Origin: Candidatus Blackburnbacteria bacterium RIFCSPLOWO2_01_FULL_40_20
Lineage (GTDB): Bacteria > Patescibacteriota > Microgenomatia > UBA8517 > UBA10165
Length of the DNA stretch: 58,927 nucleotides
Reading direction: 5' to 3'
NCBI GenBank assembly: GCA_001816475.1
Contig: MHCC01000026.1
Coordinates: forward strand, 1-58,927
The translations under genes and the position numbers were made by a program. Of this stretch, positions 58,838 to 58,927 are shown piece by piece (positions within the stretch are counted from its first letter, which is position 1; the number at the start of each line of letters is the position of its first letter). The notes under the pieces were generated by a model. That model did no database searches and was not told where the DNA came from. It saw only the letters and a list, made by a program, of their open reading frames with translations.

Positions 58838-58927
58838 TTAAGAATGCGCCTCACAAAACAATTTATACTCACAATTCTTGCACCAAAAGCCACCTTTGCA
58901 AGAAAAGTCGGATTTTTCAATTTCTTC
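58838..58927 (-). CDS. 3' end of a probable PD-(D/E)XK nuclease or helicase-nuclease with Fe-S motif (partial)
   Basis: EEIEKSDFSCKGGFWCKNCEYKLFCEAHS*; CxxC-x5-C as in AddB/Cas4-like C-termini. Confidence 0.7.
   Translation of the reverse strand, partial: EEIEKSDFSCKGGFWCKNCEYKLFCEAHS

Overview
Chromosomal segment of a reduced-genome bacterium using genetic code 11. Gene content and style suggest Patescibacteria/CPR, probably Microgenomates (inference from short IF2 and AlaRS, a protease-less Lon, a baseplate-J-like gene beside ruvX/mltG, and leaderless-type promoters). It is mostly housekeeping: rpoBC-rpsLG-fusA, alaS, ftsK, rnj, nusA-infB-rpsO-pnp, hrcA-grpE-dnaK-dnaJ with a CIRCE operator, and pcrA. 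A cell-envelope block carries murJ, pilN/pilO-like genes, FN3, Cys-rich and Ser/Pro-rich surface proteins, GT-C glycosyltransferases, an LCP and two FemABX; a sortase lies 30 kb away. The most unusual signals are: (1) period-7 inverted-repeat hairpins in four heptamer alphabets, filling intergenic spacers and mostly ending 5-8 nt before start codons; (2) one 24-bp double-mini-hairpin unit amplified in frame in the rpoB tail and again in the mltG leader, varying only at loop positions; (3) in-frame palindromic inserts in infB, grpE, alaS and nusA; (4) an erm plus Zn-finger endonuclease cassette splitting the str operon, bounded by an imperfect 16-bp direct repeat, with an ermC-style leader and start-codon hairpin; (5) a decayed toxin-antitoxin pair missed by the ORF track. 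No CRISPR array, rRNA, tRNA or transposase was seen. All assignments come from reading motifs by eye; no database searches were run.
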